From positions 1-64,000 of IMG/VR virus record IMGVR_UViG_3300025133_000040: DNA of 64,000 nt. The stretch is one strand, 5' to 3'. Positions within the stretch are counted from its first letter, which is position 1. Each line of letters starts with the position of its first letter. Position numbers and translations under genes: made by a program. This DNA comes from a virus. The notes under the pieces were generated by a model, which did not search any database, had not been told where the DNA came from, and was given only the letters and a program-made list of their open reading frames with translations. Shown here one piece after another: positions 9,701 to 20,100 of the stretch.

Positions 9701-12700
9701 CTCCTCACGATAGGTTTAAAAACGCAAAGTCTCTTATTGGTAAAGAGCTAACTGACAAGGGCGTTGGCGCTAAAGACCTTCCCAAGGCAATGGCTGAGGT
9801 TGTTAGGGAGATTAGGAAAAACGGAGGAAATGTACCGGAGGCTATTTCTACAGTTGCTAAGAACGTAAATAAGGTCAACAACAACCTAAGCAAGGCCGCC
9901 GACAACTCTAAAGCAGTAGCCAATAAAACAGGTCAGGCAGCCACAACCGCCGCCAAGCAAAGCAAAGGAGGTGGGTTCTTTGCAAATAGAAGGGCAGAGA
10001 ACGAACTATTTAGGAGGGCGAAAGCAGGAGAAGAACTGGGAGAGAAAGACACTAAAAAACTTGAAGCTGCTAGTCAAAGAAGATTCCAGCAAAAAGCCCT
10101 TATAGGTCTTGCATCTACAGCAATCATAGGTGCTGTAAGTAGCCAAGCGGAAGTTGCTAGGAAAAAGGCCGTAGAATCTGGAGACGCAAGGGGTGCAGGC
10201 GTAGCTTCTGCTATTTCCGGTGCTGTCGGAGGCGCAGGAGCGGGCTTTGCTGTGGCTGGTCCCTTGGGTGCTGTTGTTGGCGGTGTCGCTGGAGCTGCTA
10301 GTGCTTTTATTAGCGCGCAACAAAGTGCTGCTGAAGAAATCGCACAAAACAAACTTAAGAAATCTCTTGATGGTCTAGCCAAGGAAGTTGAGATTTTCAA
10401 GAAAGATGGAACCTTAAAGGGGCTCAATGAAGCCATCAAGAAGGCTGGCAGCGCGGCAAGCGAAGCTGGTGATTCAATAAGGAGCAGGGCTACAGGCACA
10501 TTTGGTGGTCTTGTTGGTTCGGCATTGGTTCCTTCTTTAGGAGGGGGAAATGAAGGGGCAAAAGCCGGTGCGATACTAGGCCCTCTAGGATTGATAGCCA
10601 ACAGGCTTGAGTTGGTCGTTAATGGCTTTACAGGTAGCGACTCAGCAGGTGAGGATGTTAGAGCTGCCGCAGCTAAGTTTGATAAAAATGTGGCCGAAGA
10701 AACATTCAGAGGAGCCAAGTCAGCAGCGATTGAGAGTAAAAATGCCATCGCAGCACTGATAGAAAGAGGAAAGACCAATAAAGAAATTGCAACTCTTTTG
10801 CCAGACACCGTACAGGCACTTGCGCTTGGTACTGACAGCGATACAGTCGCAGCAATCAACAAAGCTGTTGAGGGCAGGGTTAAGGAAAGAAATGCTGAAC
10901 TACAAGCCAACACTAGGCCGAGGTACAATCGTGACACTTCTAGGCAAGTAGCTGCGACCGTTGGTAAAGATGAAGAAGCAAGAATCAGGCGGGAAGAGGA
11001 AACTAAGGCAGGCTTGGCTGCTCGTGCTAAGTTGCTTGATGCGGAAAGGAAGAGTAAGGAAGTAAGAGACAACCTAGCCATAGCTTCTAGGTTGGCGAAT
11101 AAAGAGGTGGATGCTCTTACCGACAGGTTGCTTGATTTTGGTGCTGCGTCTAAGGCTGCTACAGACGACCTAAACTTGTCTGTGAAGGGTGTTCTAGAGG
11201 ATATTTCTAATTTTGATGCTGACGTTGTTAGCGGCGGCGGCCCTAGGAAGAGAAACATATTTAAGAATATCAGAGGCACAGACAAAGAAACCGCAATAAG
11301 AGAAACAGACATTCTAACTGGCAGGCTTAGAAGTGAGGGTAACAACCAAGTAGCCGACGATATTGATGTTGGCGTTAAGTCGTTTAAGGAAGCTCAGGCA
11401 GTTCTTCCTGGCCTACTTCAGAAGTTCGCGTCTGAAAGAGCGAACAAACTAGACGAAGAAGGAAAGGACGTTGGTCTTGCGTTTGTTAGTGAACTAACAG
11501 AAGCTCTTGGGGACGATGTTCCTAATGCTTTGTCTAATCAAATAGTAACAACTATAAATAACGCCCTCTCTGCCTCTGGAGGTGGCGATAGCAGACAAAC
11601 TGCTGGTCAGACAGTTCAAGGGCTTATTGAGAGCGGAAGCGTAACCAGTAAGCTTTTTGAAGTACTTAAAAACGTCATTAATACTGCTGCCACCGAAACC
11701 GACCAGTTTAACAACAAGATTGTTAAGTACAATTCCTTAGCAGCAAAAAGGACTAGCTTACAAATAAGCCAAAACAGAGCGGAAGACGCAACCTTAAAAA
11801 TAAGACAAAGCAATCAAGGAATACTCGACGGTATCAACGAAGTAAGAGGCGGGGAGGGTGTTCGTAGCAGGTTTAGGTCCAGGGTAAGCTCCCTTACAAC
11901 TAGGGGTGGATTATCTGGAACTCTAGACGCAAGCGCCATAGCAACAAGGATAGCTAGTGACCGCTCGAAAAGACAGGGCTTAATCGACCAGCAAAGAAAA
12001 CTAAGAGACAGAGGTGAGGACGGAGACCTAGCCGCAGTAAACGCGCTCCAATCTGAAATTGATGCTCTTAGCACCTCTCTTGTAGACAACAAGGCAGCGC
12101 TAACTCTACTAAGCACAAGCACAGACGAACTTACCGCAATTCAAAAAGACATTGCAGACCTTGAGAGAAGGAAGCAGCTTGGTGAAAAGGACTTTGAGCA
12201 ACTTGCAACAGGAGGCCCTCAAGAGATAATTGAGTTGACAAGAAGAATACAGGCTGGCTTTAGTTTCTTGTCTGGTAATGTAACTGCAAAAGGAGGAATT
12301 GCTGGCGTTAAGACGATAGAAAATATATTTAGGGGTAGCAACGACGACAAATCCGCAGACTTTGTAACCAAGCAAAAAGATGACCTGATTATAAAAAGCC
12401 TTCGCGATAGGAAGATTCTTCCAAAAAGCGTAATTAGTGGTCGTGAAGAGGTTATCGGAGGTAAGGACAAGCTAAAGGCAGACGCAGAAGAAGCAGCTAG
12501 AAAGCGACTTGCCGCCGCTAGAAAAGCTGAGGAACTTGCGAGAGCTAGTAATACTCTAGCCATAACAGAACTAACAAAAGCAATGGACAGAGTGGCGGCT
12601 GCCGTTGGGGCACCTAAGTTAGGCGCTAAGAATGGCGCTATTGTTCCCGGTGCTGGACTTGGGGCTGGTGGGGGTATGGGTGACCGTGTTCCAGCTATGC

Positions 12701-13704
12701 TTGAGCCTGGAGAGCTTGTTGTTCCAAATAGAAGTGCTGGTGCTACCGTTGCTGCTATGCAAGCTGCCGGTATTCCTGTTCCTGGGTTTAGAAATGGAAC
12801 TCGTCGTGTTACTAGATACAAGCCACAAGGCTTTGCTGCTAAGAAGGAAGAGACTAAAGAACTTAAAAAGCGAATAGAAATACTAACGAGAAATGCCAGG
12901 TATAGAGCTAGAAATCAACCGCTAGGCCCCGGTGGCAGCAGGATGACCAAAGAGCAAGAGCAGCAACTTGCTGACGCCATCGCGAGGCTAAGGAGGAAGA
13001 CTCCGACTCCAGACCTAGAAAGGCGAGCCGAAGCCTCAAGGAAAGTCGCAAGGGAAAAAACTAATCGAGGAAGACCTGGATTTGGCCATGGTCGCGGTAT
13101 TAGACAAGCGGCAGCACAAATACTAGATAGTGAGCAGCACCAAAACGTACGAAAGAGAGCTGCTAACAGGTCTCTTAACGCACAGAGAAGGTTTGGGTTA
13201 AGCAGGGTTCGTCAGCGAGCTATGGAAATCACAGCCAGGACCGGAGGAAGAGGAGGATATGAGCAAGCAAGAAACGAGATTAGGGCTGAAGTAGCTGCTG
13301 AAAAAGCAAGAAAGAGACAGGCGTATCTAAACCGCCGTGGTATGCAAAGCGGAGGTAGAGCGCCTGGAGGAACTCCTGTTAGCAGAGGTGGCGGTGCTGG
13401 TAACTTTGCTCAAGTAGCAGACGCTATGAAGGGTGCTGCTGAGAGCCTTAATAAGTTAGTAAGTGGATTGGGTGAAATAAATATCCCAGAAAGAATTGAA
13501 ATGTCAGCCACTATCGAGCATAATGTTAATATAAACGGTGCTGAAGTCCTGTCTCAAATGAAAGAGGGATTAGCCGCCGTAGCAAGAGATGTTGTAATTA
13601 CTGAGCTGTCGAAGCACATGGACCTAACAACAGGCGAGACTAACGAGTCGAGCGGAAGCGGGTCAACAGGCGGTCAGACCCCAATCGCAGGAAAGGCTGT
13701 GTAA
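6760..13704 (+). CDS. Tail tape measure protein (TP901-like core) with accessory domains
   Basis: 2314 aa, Ala/Gly-rich and helical; FEREMIRVAQVTG and TRESAESIATGLRTIFTRL TMP-core motifs; glycine zippers; synteny. Confidence 0.9.
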   Translation: MAKTVINAEVRVSGPKGLAGVARQIQRGLTGISANVGVKINQAAAKNVAALDSNLKILNATLKTTSVMGSSAAVGISQVGAAARKSATAIGSVGKAANTASAGVGKAAKNTEKLSNEMAEFGRVSGLAIRRFAGFSIATGVIFGLIRAVSNATSEAITFEREMIRVAQVTGGTVASLRDLQKEVTSLATGLGVSSTDLLKVSRILAQTGLTAKETAQALEALAKSELAPTFTNIEQTAEGAIAIMRQFGIEASGLEKALGSVNAVAGKFAVESDDIIQAVRRAGGVFAAASHGVSEGTDALNEFIAVFTSVRATTRESAESIATGLRTIFTRLQRNTTIESLEELGIRMRDLEGKFVGPYKAINNIAIALEKIDPRDRRFAAIAEELGGFRQISKVIPLVQQLETRLGALGVAQEGQSSLSRDAEKAQESLAVQFQKTRENFSALIREVTASDTFKAFAKTALALADGFIALARTVKPLIPILTAFAAIKLGSSVAQFLGGFGTGARGGGAGGFGVGAANLLSGARFNTGGLVPGRGPNRDTVPASLTKGEFVIQRPAVDNLGVPFLERLNRNKGGSVPGFNDGDFFDDEGKASIPPGQFPQASGIGRVDVSNKKLENAVDVGGLFLRPFGVDKVVSGSIPINSFAPQSTITKGPNKGKSTGLSFSPGNKTERIAVKNKYGLAQNATKIPFNIHIGSLPQSSADDFEGNLEGITANFIKEQAKSVFGGKGLPKTSEIRKNLEKFNFPQISGNLFEAMISSSSGKFDDKTTSNANLDFDSITSRVATAFNNPALAGLPGDAKRTLGTEAVASLIKKTKNYISQTVKPEKKGLNEGGPGEVNAMLTKGEFVLQKKAVDRIGVANARKLNDSTDTPKFHTGGLVGLNKGGGLPGYNNAGPVNKLGEEETYTDLFELGEKAILKGGKAVESGFTSLFGLLVGKVEGAKKSIADKKVAKAEAADKLADKRGRAGLKSFIANRPGGTPHDRFKNAKSLIGKELTDKGVGAKDLPKAMAEVVREIRKNGGNVPEAISTVAKNVNKVNNNLSKAADNSKAVANKTGQAATTAAKQSKGGGFFANRRAENELFRRAKAGEELGEKDTKKLEAASQRRFQQKALIGLASTAIIGAVSSQAEVARKKAVESGDARGAGVASAISGAVGGAGAGFAVAGPLGAVVGGVAGAASAFISAQQSAAEEIAQNKLKKSLDGLAKEVEIFKKDGTLKGLNEAIKKAGSAASEAGDSIRSRATGTFGGLVGSALVPSLGGGNEGAKAGAILGPLGLIANRLELVVNGFTGSDSAGEDVRAAAAKFDKNVAEETFRGAKSAAIESKNAIAALIERGKTNKEIATLLPDTVQALALGTDSDTVAAINKAVEGRVKERNAELQANTRPRYNRDTSRQVAATVGKDEEARIRREEETKAGLAARAKLLDAERKSKEVRDNLAIASRLANKEVDALTDRLLDFGAASKAATDDLNLSVKGVLEDISNFDADVVSGGGPRKRNIFKNIRGTDKETAIRETDILTGRLRSEGNNQVADDIDVGVKSFKEAQAVLPGLLQKFASERANKLDEEGKDVGLAFVSELTEALGDDVPNALSNQIVTTINNALSASGGGDSRQTAGQTVQGLIESGSVTSKLFEVLKNVINTAATETDQFNNKIVKYNSLAAKRTSLQISQNRAEDATLKIRQSNQGILDGINEVRGGEGVRSRFRSRVSSLTTRGGLSGTLDASAIATRIASDRSKRQGLIDQQRKLRDRGEDGDLAAVNALQSEIDALSTSLVDNKAALTLLSTSTDELTAIQKDIADLERRKQLGEKDFEQLATGGPQEIIELTRRIQAGFSFLSGNVTAKGGIAGVKTIENIFRGSNDDKSADFVTKQKDDLIIKSLRDRKILPKSVISGREEVIGGKDKLKADAEEAARKRLAAARKAEELARASNTLAITELTKAMDRVAAAVGAPKLGAKNGAIVPGAGLGAGGGMGDRVPAMLEPGELVVPNRSAGATVAAMQAAGIPVPGFRNGTRRVTRYKPQGFAAKKEETKELKKRIEILTRNARYRARNQPLGPGGSRMTKEQEQQLADAIARLRRKTPTPDLERRAEASRKVAREKTNRGRPGFGHGRGIRQAAAQILDSEQHQNVRKRAANRSLNAQRRFGLSRVRQRAMEITARTGGRGGYEQARNEIRAEVAAEKARKRQAYLNRRGMQSGGRAPGGTPVSRGGGAGNFAQVADAMKGAAESLNKLVSGLGEINIPERIEMSATIEHNVNINGAEVLSQMKEGLAAVARDVVITELSKHMDLTTGETNESSGSGSTGGQTPIAGKAV

Positions 13705-15246
13705 ATGAGTACTGTAACTATGAACTATGGGGACTATGCGTTTAGTCCGGTTCCCCTAATGAACATTAGTAAGGAGTATCAGAAAACCGACGATGGAACC
13801 ATCGTAGGCACACTCTTTAATGTTTCATTGGAAGGTACGCTTACGCCCCTGCCCTCTGGAGCTGTTGGCTACCTTGCCGTAGACGCACTTCAAGATGGTC
13901 TTCGCTCAGCAATGGCAGAGCAAGGAAATCTGTTTAAGGTTCAGTGTGATGCTACCACCCTTATTGAGGCATATCCAAGGATAAATAGTCTGTCGCTTAA
14001 TAGTTCTAACAACCAGTGGGTTATGACATGTCCTTACAGCATCAACCTAGAGTGGGACGATGAGCCCAATGCGTCTGGTGAGAACTCAGGAATAATGCCT
14101 CCGTATATCTCAGCCACTTCCGAGGAGTGGAGCCTAGAGTTTGCTGAGGAAAGCGCCGCCTTTGACTGGGACTTAGACAACGGAACTAAGGATGCCATGA
14201 GCCCCATTCTCCGTCTTAGCCACTCTGTTTCTGCCACAGGAAAGAAGCACTATAGTAGTGCAGGCGGTACTGCTGGTCAGCTAGACCTACCGGCGTGGGA
14301 GCAAGCACGTAACTACGTAATGACAAAACTTGGTCAAGACGAACAGTTTGTTGCTAATACTGGCGTGCTAAATCTCGACGTTAGTGAGTACGGTTACTTT
14401 AATCATATTCGCTCCGTCACGGTGGGTGAGCTTGCTGGTACTTATGCCGTACAAGAGAACTGGGTTGTGTTTCCTGAGAGCGCTACTGGTGTTCCAGGTA
14501 AGGCTTTAGAGGATTTTAGCATTGAGGTTCGTGAGAGCCAAGACAATGGACTAATAAGTGTTGGTATTAACGGTTCAGTTCAAGGACTAGAAGAAAGAAG
14601 CTACGGCACCACATCTGGTCAGTTTGCAATTGCGACCACCAAGTATGCTAACGCTCTGTCTTATTGGAATGTTGTAAAGACTAGACTGTATTGGAGGGCC
14701 AACGAAGCTCTTAACAATACAACAACAACAACAAGAGGGTTGCACACGCAGGCGAAAACAAGTTCCATAGGCCACAGCCCTAGCAAAGGAACAGTTACAT
14801 ATAACTATGAATATGATGACCGTGCTTGCAATATTATTTCAGGCGCTAAGTCTGAGTCTATTCAAATTAACGACACTCATCCTACAGATGTATTTGCGGA
14901 GTTGGCAGTACTGGGTAGAGCCAACGGACCTATTCTACAGTCTATGAGTACGGTAAGCGCAGCAACTCGCGATGTGTCTATCGAGGTTGTGATGGGAGCA
15001 CCAAGTGGAGACTGCACAAGTTGCAGCTCTCAGTTTAGCAGTATGCTTGGCTTGTCGAACGCCCCCACAGGGGAAGTAGAAACCCTTCTGTGTTGCTTTC
15101 AGACAGACCTAACAGACGCATACAGTCAGGTATTCAAAACTTCGGACTCCTCAAGCTGGAATCCAAAGTCAGGAAGATATTCAAGAAACGTAACGTGGAC
15201 GTATACCAATTGTAGCGGTACGGCCCCAAGCACAACATTTTGTTAA
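13705..15246 (+). CDS. Putative distal tail/baseplate protein
   Basis: 513 aa, beta-rich, directly after the tape measure gene. Confidence 0.6.
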   Translation: MSTVTMNYGDYAFSPVPLMNISKEYQKTDDGTIVGTLFNVSLEGTLTPLPSGAVGYLAVDALQDGLRSAMAEQGNLFKVQCDATTLIEAYPRINSLSLNSSNNQWVMTCPYSINLEWDDEPNASGENSGIMPPYISATSEEWSLEFAEESAAFDWDLDNGTKDAMSPILRLSHSVSATGKKHYSSAGGTAGQLDLPAWEQARNYVMTKLGQDEQFVANTGVLNLDVSEYGYFNHIRSVTVGELAGTYAVQENWVVFPESATGVPGKALEDFSIEVRESQDNGLISVGINGSVQGLEERSYGTTSGQFAIATTKYANALSYWNVVKTRLYWRANEALNNTTTTTRGLHTQAKTSSIGHSPSKGTVTYNYEYDDRACNIISGAKSESIQINDTHPTDVFAELAVLGRANGPILQSMSTVSAATRDVSIEVVMGAPSGDCTSCSSQFSSMLGLSNAPTGEVETLLCCFQTDLTDAYSQVFKTSDSSSWNPKSGRYSRNVTWTYTNCSGTAPSTTFC

Positions 15247-15255
15247 GGTATAATC

Positions 15256-15630
15256 ATGGCAGCAACTAAAAGCACAACAGTCATTCAGAACAGCGTGACT
15301 CTCTCTGCTGGTGGTGGACCAACGACTACTTCTAGTGCAAGTGTCGCCACCGGCTTCGGAGCTTCTTTATTTTTAAAGATTACTAACGGAGCAACAGCAC
15401 CTACGACCCAGGCAACCGCAAGGATAGAGGTAAGCCCAGACGGCACAAACTTCTACGATTTAAGCGGCGGCACAGAGGACTTGAACGGGGGAACTACAAA
15501 TGCAGATGTAACCTCTAATCACTTTGAACTACCAATCGGCATCCAGTCTGTACGCATTGTTGCGACACACGGAGACGACCAGGACATCACAATCCGTTCA
15601 GAGGTGAGTGACATAACAGCGGTAGCGTAA
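15256..15630 (+). CDS. Small virion structural protein (beta-sandwich)
   Basis: Thr/Ser-rich 124 aa; IEVSPDGTNFYD motif. Confidence 0.55.
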   Translation: MAATKSTTVIQNSVTLSAGGGPTTTSSASVATGFGASLFLKITNGATAPTTQATARIEVSPDGTNFYDLSGGTEDLNGGTTNADVTSNHFELPIGIQSVRIVATHGDDQDITIRSEVSDITAVA

Positions 15631-17111
15631 TGATAGTATCACCAGCAATACTAGGAGCAATTCTAAGAACCTCTGAAGCCAGGGGTGAGTTGCAACACCA
15701 TTGGGATTTCCTTGAGGGCTCAGGCTCCGTGGCGCACGATGATGTTGGCCTTCTTGATGCCTCATTCCAGGGAACTCCGACCTTTGACTCTGATATTCCT
15801 ACGGTGCTTTTTGAGGGCGCTACCGACTCCCTGTTGTTCGATGGCAGTACTGATTACCTTACAATCCCGCAGGCTACTACTGCCTGGGACACAACCAGTG
15901 CTCAGACACTTGTCTTCTGGGTTAAGGCAGACGCAATAGGTGGTGTTGCGGCAGCAAATGAGTTCCCAACTATCATCTCCCTCACCAGCGACCAGAGTGA
16001 GTCATTTACTATATGGCTTAACGACACTCACGACAGTGTTAACTCTGATGGCTTGAACTTTGGCTTCCAGGGTCTTTACGATAAAAATGTAAGTACCTCA
16101 GCCACTTTCCTAGGTAACTGGGTGCATGTCGCTATTGTTTACGACGGTGTTAGCTACAACTCTGATAGCAGCTACACTATATATGTCAACGGTGTTTCGC
16201 AAAGCATCACAGCAAGCGGGGCTCCACCAGCGCACACAGAAATCACACAGATTGGGAAGGGGACCACGACCACCAGCTTCTTTGATGGTCGCCTATTCGA
16301 TATAAGGGTGTACAACAAAGCCCTTACTAGTGGTGAGGTCTCCGCATTGGACGCAGGCTACAACAACCTATGGGAGGGCGCTGACGACAGTTGGAATACG
16401 GCTTCTAACTGGCCGCTTAATGGTGTGCCCACGTCAGATGACGCTGTTTTGTTTGATAGTACAGATAATTCAGATTGTCTTGTTGATATTAATAGGCCAA
16501 CCGTGTATAATCTTACTATAGCGGCGTCTTACACTGGGACGTTTACTATGTCTAGCTTCTTTACTGTGACAAATGATTTCTCTCATTTAAGCACGGCTGG
16601 CACGGTTCTATATCCTCAGACACTCCTAGTTGGAGGGGACTGTGACATAGACGAAGTCCTGCACCAGGACAACATTAAGGATACAACGATTGAAATGAAT
16701 GGTAGTACGGCCCAAACCCTAACGCTGCCCGACACAGCCTCAATCGTTATTGACAAGCTTATAATTAACTCTGGGGACACTGTCACTTTGGCAGGCACAC
16801 TGACCCAGGTTAAGTTAAATCGCTTAGAAGTTTCCCTTGGGGAATTGGCCGTTGCCTCTAAGTACCTAACAATAACAGACGACCTAGACGTAATCGGAGG
16901 AACGATTACTGGTCTTTCTACTGCCACAGCTCACACTGTAGGTGGTTCTGCCCGTTTGTACGGTGATAGTAAAATCAGCTTATTAAACCTGGGCTTCGCC
17001 AGTGCGACAGAATTTAATGTCACTGGTGGTTTTTTCATAAGGAACGCTACTGTAGGAAACTTGAACGCATCTGGGACAGGTGCCCAATGCTTGAATTGCA
17101 CAGAGGCTTAA
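15630..17111 (+). CDS. LamG/concanavalin-like domain virion protein with C-terminal beta-helix repeats
   Basis: HWDF.EGSG, FDGSTDY, WVHVAIVYDG, IYVNG and FDGRLFDIRVYNKAL LamG motifs; W.TASNW...VP...D passenger-like region. Confidence 0.8.
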   Translation: MIVSPAILGAILRTSEARGELQHHWDFLEGSGSVAHDDVGLLDASFQGTPTFDSDIPTVLFEGATDSLLFDGSTDYLTIPQATTAWDTTSAQTLVFWVKADAIGGVAAANEFPTIISLTSDQSESFTIWLNDTHDSVNSDGLNFGFQGLYDKNVSTSATFLGNWVHVAIVYDGVSYNSDSSYTIYVNGVSQSITASGAPPAHTEITQIGKGTTTTSFFDGRLFDIRVYNKALTSGEVSALDAGYNNLWEGADDSWNTASNWPLNGVPTSDDAVLFDSTDNSDCLVDINRPTVYNLTIAASYTGTFTMSSFFTVTNDFSHLSTAGTVLYPQTLLVGGDCDIDEVLHQDNIKDTTIEMNGSTAQTLTLPDTASIVIDKLIINSGDTVTLAGTLTQVKLNRLEVSLGELAVASKYLTITDDLDVIGGTITGLSTATAHTVGGSARLYGDSKISLLNLGFASATEFNVTGGFFIRNATVGNLNASGTGAQCLNCTEA

Positions 17112-17117
17112 GGAAAC

Positions 17118-20100
17118 ATGGCAAATACAAACGTAACATTTAGCACATTAGGACAGCCCGTAAAAAACGACTGTAGTCCAGACAGGGTCTATGGCGGGTT
17201 TGAGCAAACAATTTTCTTAGGGGCTAGTGTATCTTCATTTTCAGCCTCCGTTGGTTGGAACGAACAAACATCTGACGTTACAGTCACTTTAGTTGAAGAC
17301 ACATGCCCAGCACCGAGTGCTAGGCCCAAGGTTTATTGGGACTCAAACCTTAATAAGCAAACTACGGCTGCTGCTGACCCAGGATTTATAGGGGAAACAG
17401 TTCCTATTATTGGTGTACCTGTGTACTTTAGGGTGGGCGACTTTGAATTCTCTGGCATAGTACAGAGTTGGGAGGAAAACAATTCTAGCTCTGGTAAGCC
17501 GGTATACACTGTTAAGATTTCTGACGGTCGAAGTATCTTAGACGGCGTCCATCTTATTATTAATGAATACGCAGGAGGTGTAGGCAGTCAGTTTAATGCC
17601 TTCAACGTCTACGGATATATGGAAAGCTTTGGTGAAAGCTGCCCTTTAACCACGATTAACGGCGCTCAGTTCGGAACTCCAGCCGGTGGCTTCGGAGGGT
17701 CAAACTCAAACAACAACGGAATGGCTGCTGCCGACATAAGTAGGGGCTTTAATGTTCTGTCGAATTCTATTCCCGCAACTATAAATCCGTACTCCCCTTA
17801 TGGTCGTGTTGTAAGCAAGGGAACCACTGGTGGAAGTTACGGGGTTGTTAACAGGGATGGCGTCCTGCTAAACACAAGTGTTTCTTCGTACTATATTGAT
17901 ATTTCTGAACTACCAACAGTTCCTAGTTACTATCGTATTAACGGTATCAGCGTCACCTTGTCTGAGTATGTTAGTCGTATTTGTCAAGATGCAGGGTATG
18001 ACTATTACTGGGAAATGGTAATGGTTAAGAACAACGACTTGGCCAGTAGCGGCATCGGTAAGTTTCTAAAGCTAAGAACGGCATCAAGGCTAGTCCAGCC
18101 ATCTTTTGGCGAAATACAAAATTTCATAGACAACAGCGACGGAACAATAAGCAGCTCAACAGGCAGGGAGCTACGCCAAGAGGCTGTCGCCTCTATTCTG
18201 GTAGGTGGTAATGTTGAGGGCGTATTCCAAGCAGAACAACATACCTCTCCTGGTTTTTTTGTCGGCGCTACTGCGTGTGACGAAGAAGACGACATGATTC
18301 TTCCTTATTTTGGCCTGGACTCTGCCCAGGATATTATAGTCCCATGTAGGAACGCTGTAACTGATGAGTGGGAGATTACCGTAGATGCTACAGACATCAA
18401 TGCGGTAATGACAACAGTGACCCTTCCGACAACTGTCACTATCACAGAGGCAGAGATAAGGGCCGTAGAGGGCTCAATGGATGTGTGGCTGTCTATTGAG
18501 AGTGCGTACCACCAAAGCGGTGCCGCAACAGACATTGGCGGCGAGCTTTATGGAGCAGGCAAGGTGTTTGGAAGAGGAGAGGGAATTAGTAAAATGTTGC
18601 AGAAGGTTATAACCGCTGCAAAAAACGGAAATCCAATAGAATTTGCCGGGGCTGTCGGAGGTATGTTCATAGGTTCGCTAGATGGAGACCAAGAAAGAAT
18701 AGCAGACATTAAAGCTATATATGAATGGATTAAAACCTACTCTAGTTTCTACGGCACCCACTTCATGGTTAGGGTTCCGTACACATGTGCTGTTCAAGAC
18801 CCTGACAGCACAAACCTTGTCTATAGCGAGCAGCCACAGCAAGACGGCTGGACAGATGAGTCTCAAATTATAGGACTGTCTACAAGCGGTCTCCCTATTA
18901 AGTTTTTCATAAACCAAACCGGCAAGGTTGAGGCTATGGTCCGTATCGACGGAATAGCTAGGACAAATTTATCAGAACTAGATGTTAATACGTACATTAC
19001 TGACGGAAGCAGTATGTGGATAAAAGCTAGTGTGGAGGATGAAGAGTGGGTGTATCACGATAAGAGCGCCCTAACAAACCCAAGGGCTGTTATATCAATA
19101 CCTCATCCGGTCAACACATACGACGAAGTTCAGCCAGACGTACTAGCGCTAGGAATTAAAAAAATGTTCACTGTCTTAGGCGGCACAGAGCCACAATGGA
19201 CAGCGTTTAAAGACATACTACTCAAAGAAGGCTCAGACATACTAAGCTCATACTTCCCATCGTCTAAGACTATGCCAGACGCCGCATCTTTCGGTATAAA
19301 AAACAATGTTTTAACGTATGGGCCGTGGACGAACACTGGAGTGCCTGGGCCGATAAGGATAGAACGCAACGACGGACTAGTGCCATGGGAGTACGATGGC
19401 ACCACAGCAATGAACGCCGCCGGTCAAGCATTGGCCAACGAGGGTATTACTAATATGGTACTAGGAGAAATGGGGTCAGTTAGTGTCCCTGGCTATCCAG
19501 ACCTTCCTCTTGGTGCAGAAATCGGAGCACTAGCTGGTGGCTTCTACGGAGGGGGCACGAACCTCATTGAAAATAGAAACCATAGCATTGGTAATTTTGA
19601 AGACACCCTACCTGGAGGAGGTAGTCTTTCTGTCGTGTATGGGTTCTTTACGTACGGAGGTGCCTGGACTGGATTGTATGGCCCTAATATTACCAATATA
19701 TCTCTATCGGTTGGTACGAGCGGCCTTACTACAAGCTACACAATGAGAACTTTCACTCCCAAGTTTGGCAGGTTCGCAAAGCTCAACTCCGAAAGGCTTC
19801 GTCAGCAAGGACAGCTAAGAAACGAAATACTAACAGAGAGAGCGTCAAGAAGGCAGAACTTTGAGGGTAGAAGATTTAAAGCCGCAGCAAGCAGGTATGC
19901 TAGAAGAGTTAAAGACAATCTAAACCTACCACACCACCATGGTCAAGGTATTGCGAACACTAGCCACCACCTACTAACTGGTCAGTACGGAGGTGCTGGT
20001 GTTGACTACGCATCGGTTAGTGCTAAAAGCGCTTTTGATGTGGTCAGGGAAATAGGCGAAGACTACGCAAGTAAGCACTTTATGGGTCTTGATAGTGTGT

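Noticed and set aside
10074-11345. 423-aa antisense ORF and many other shadow ORFs in the track
   Set aside because: They lie opposite well-supported genes, have no motifs or RBS, and are explained by codon bias of the sense gene
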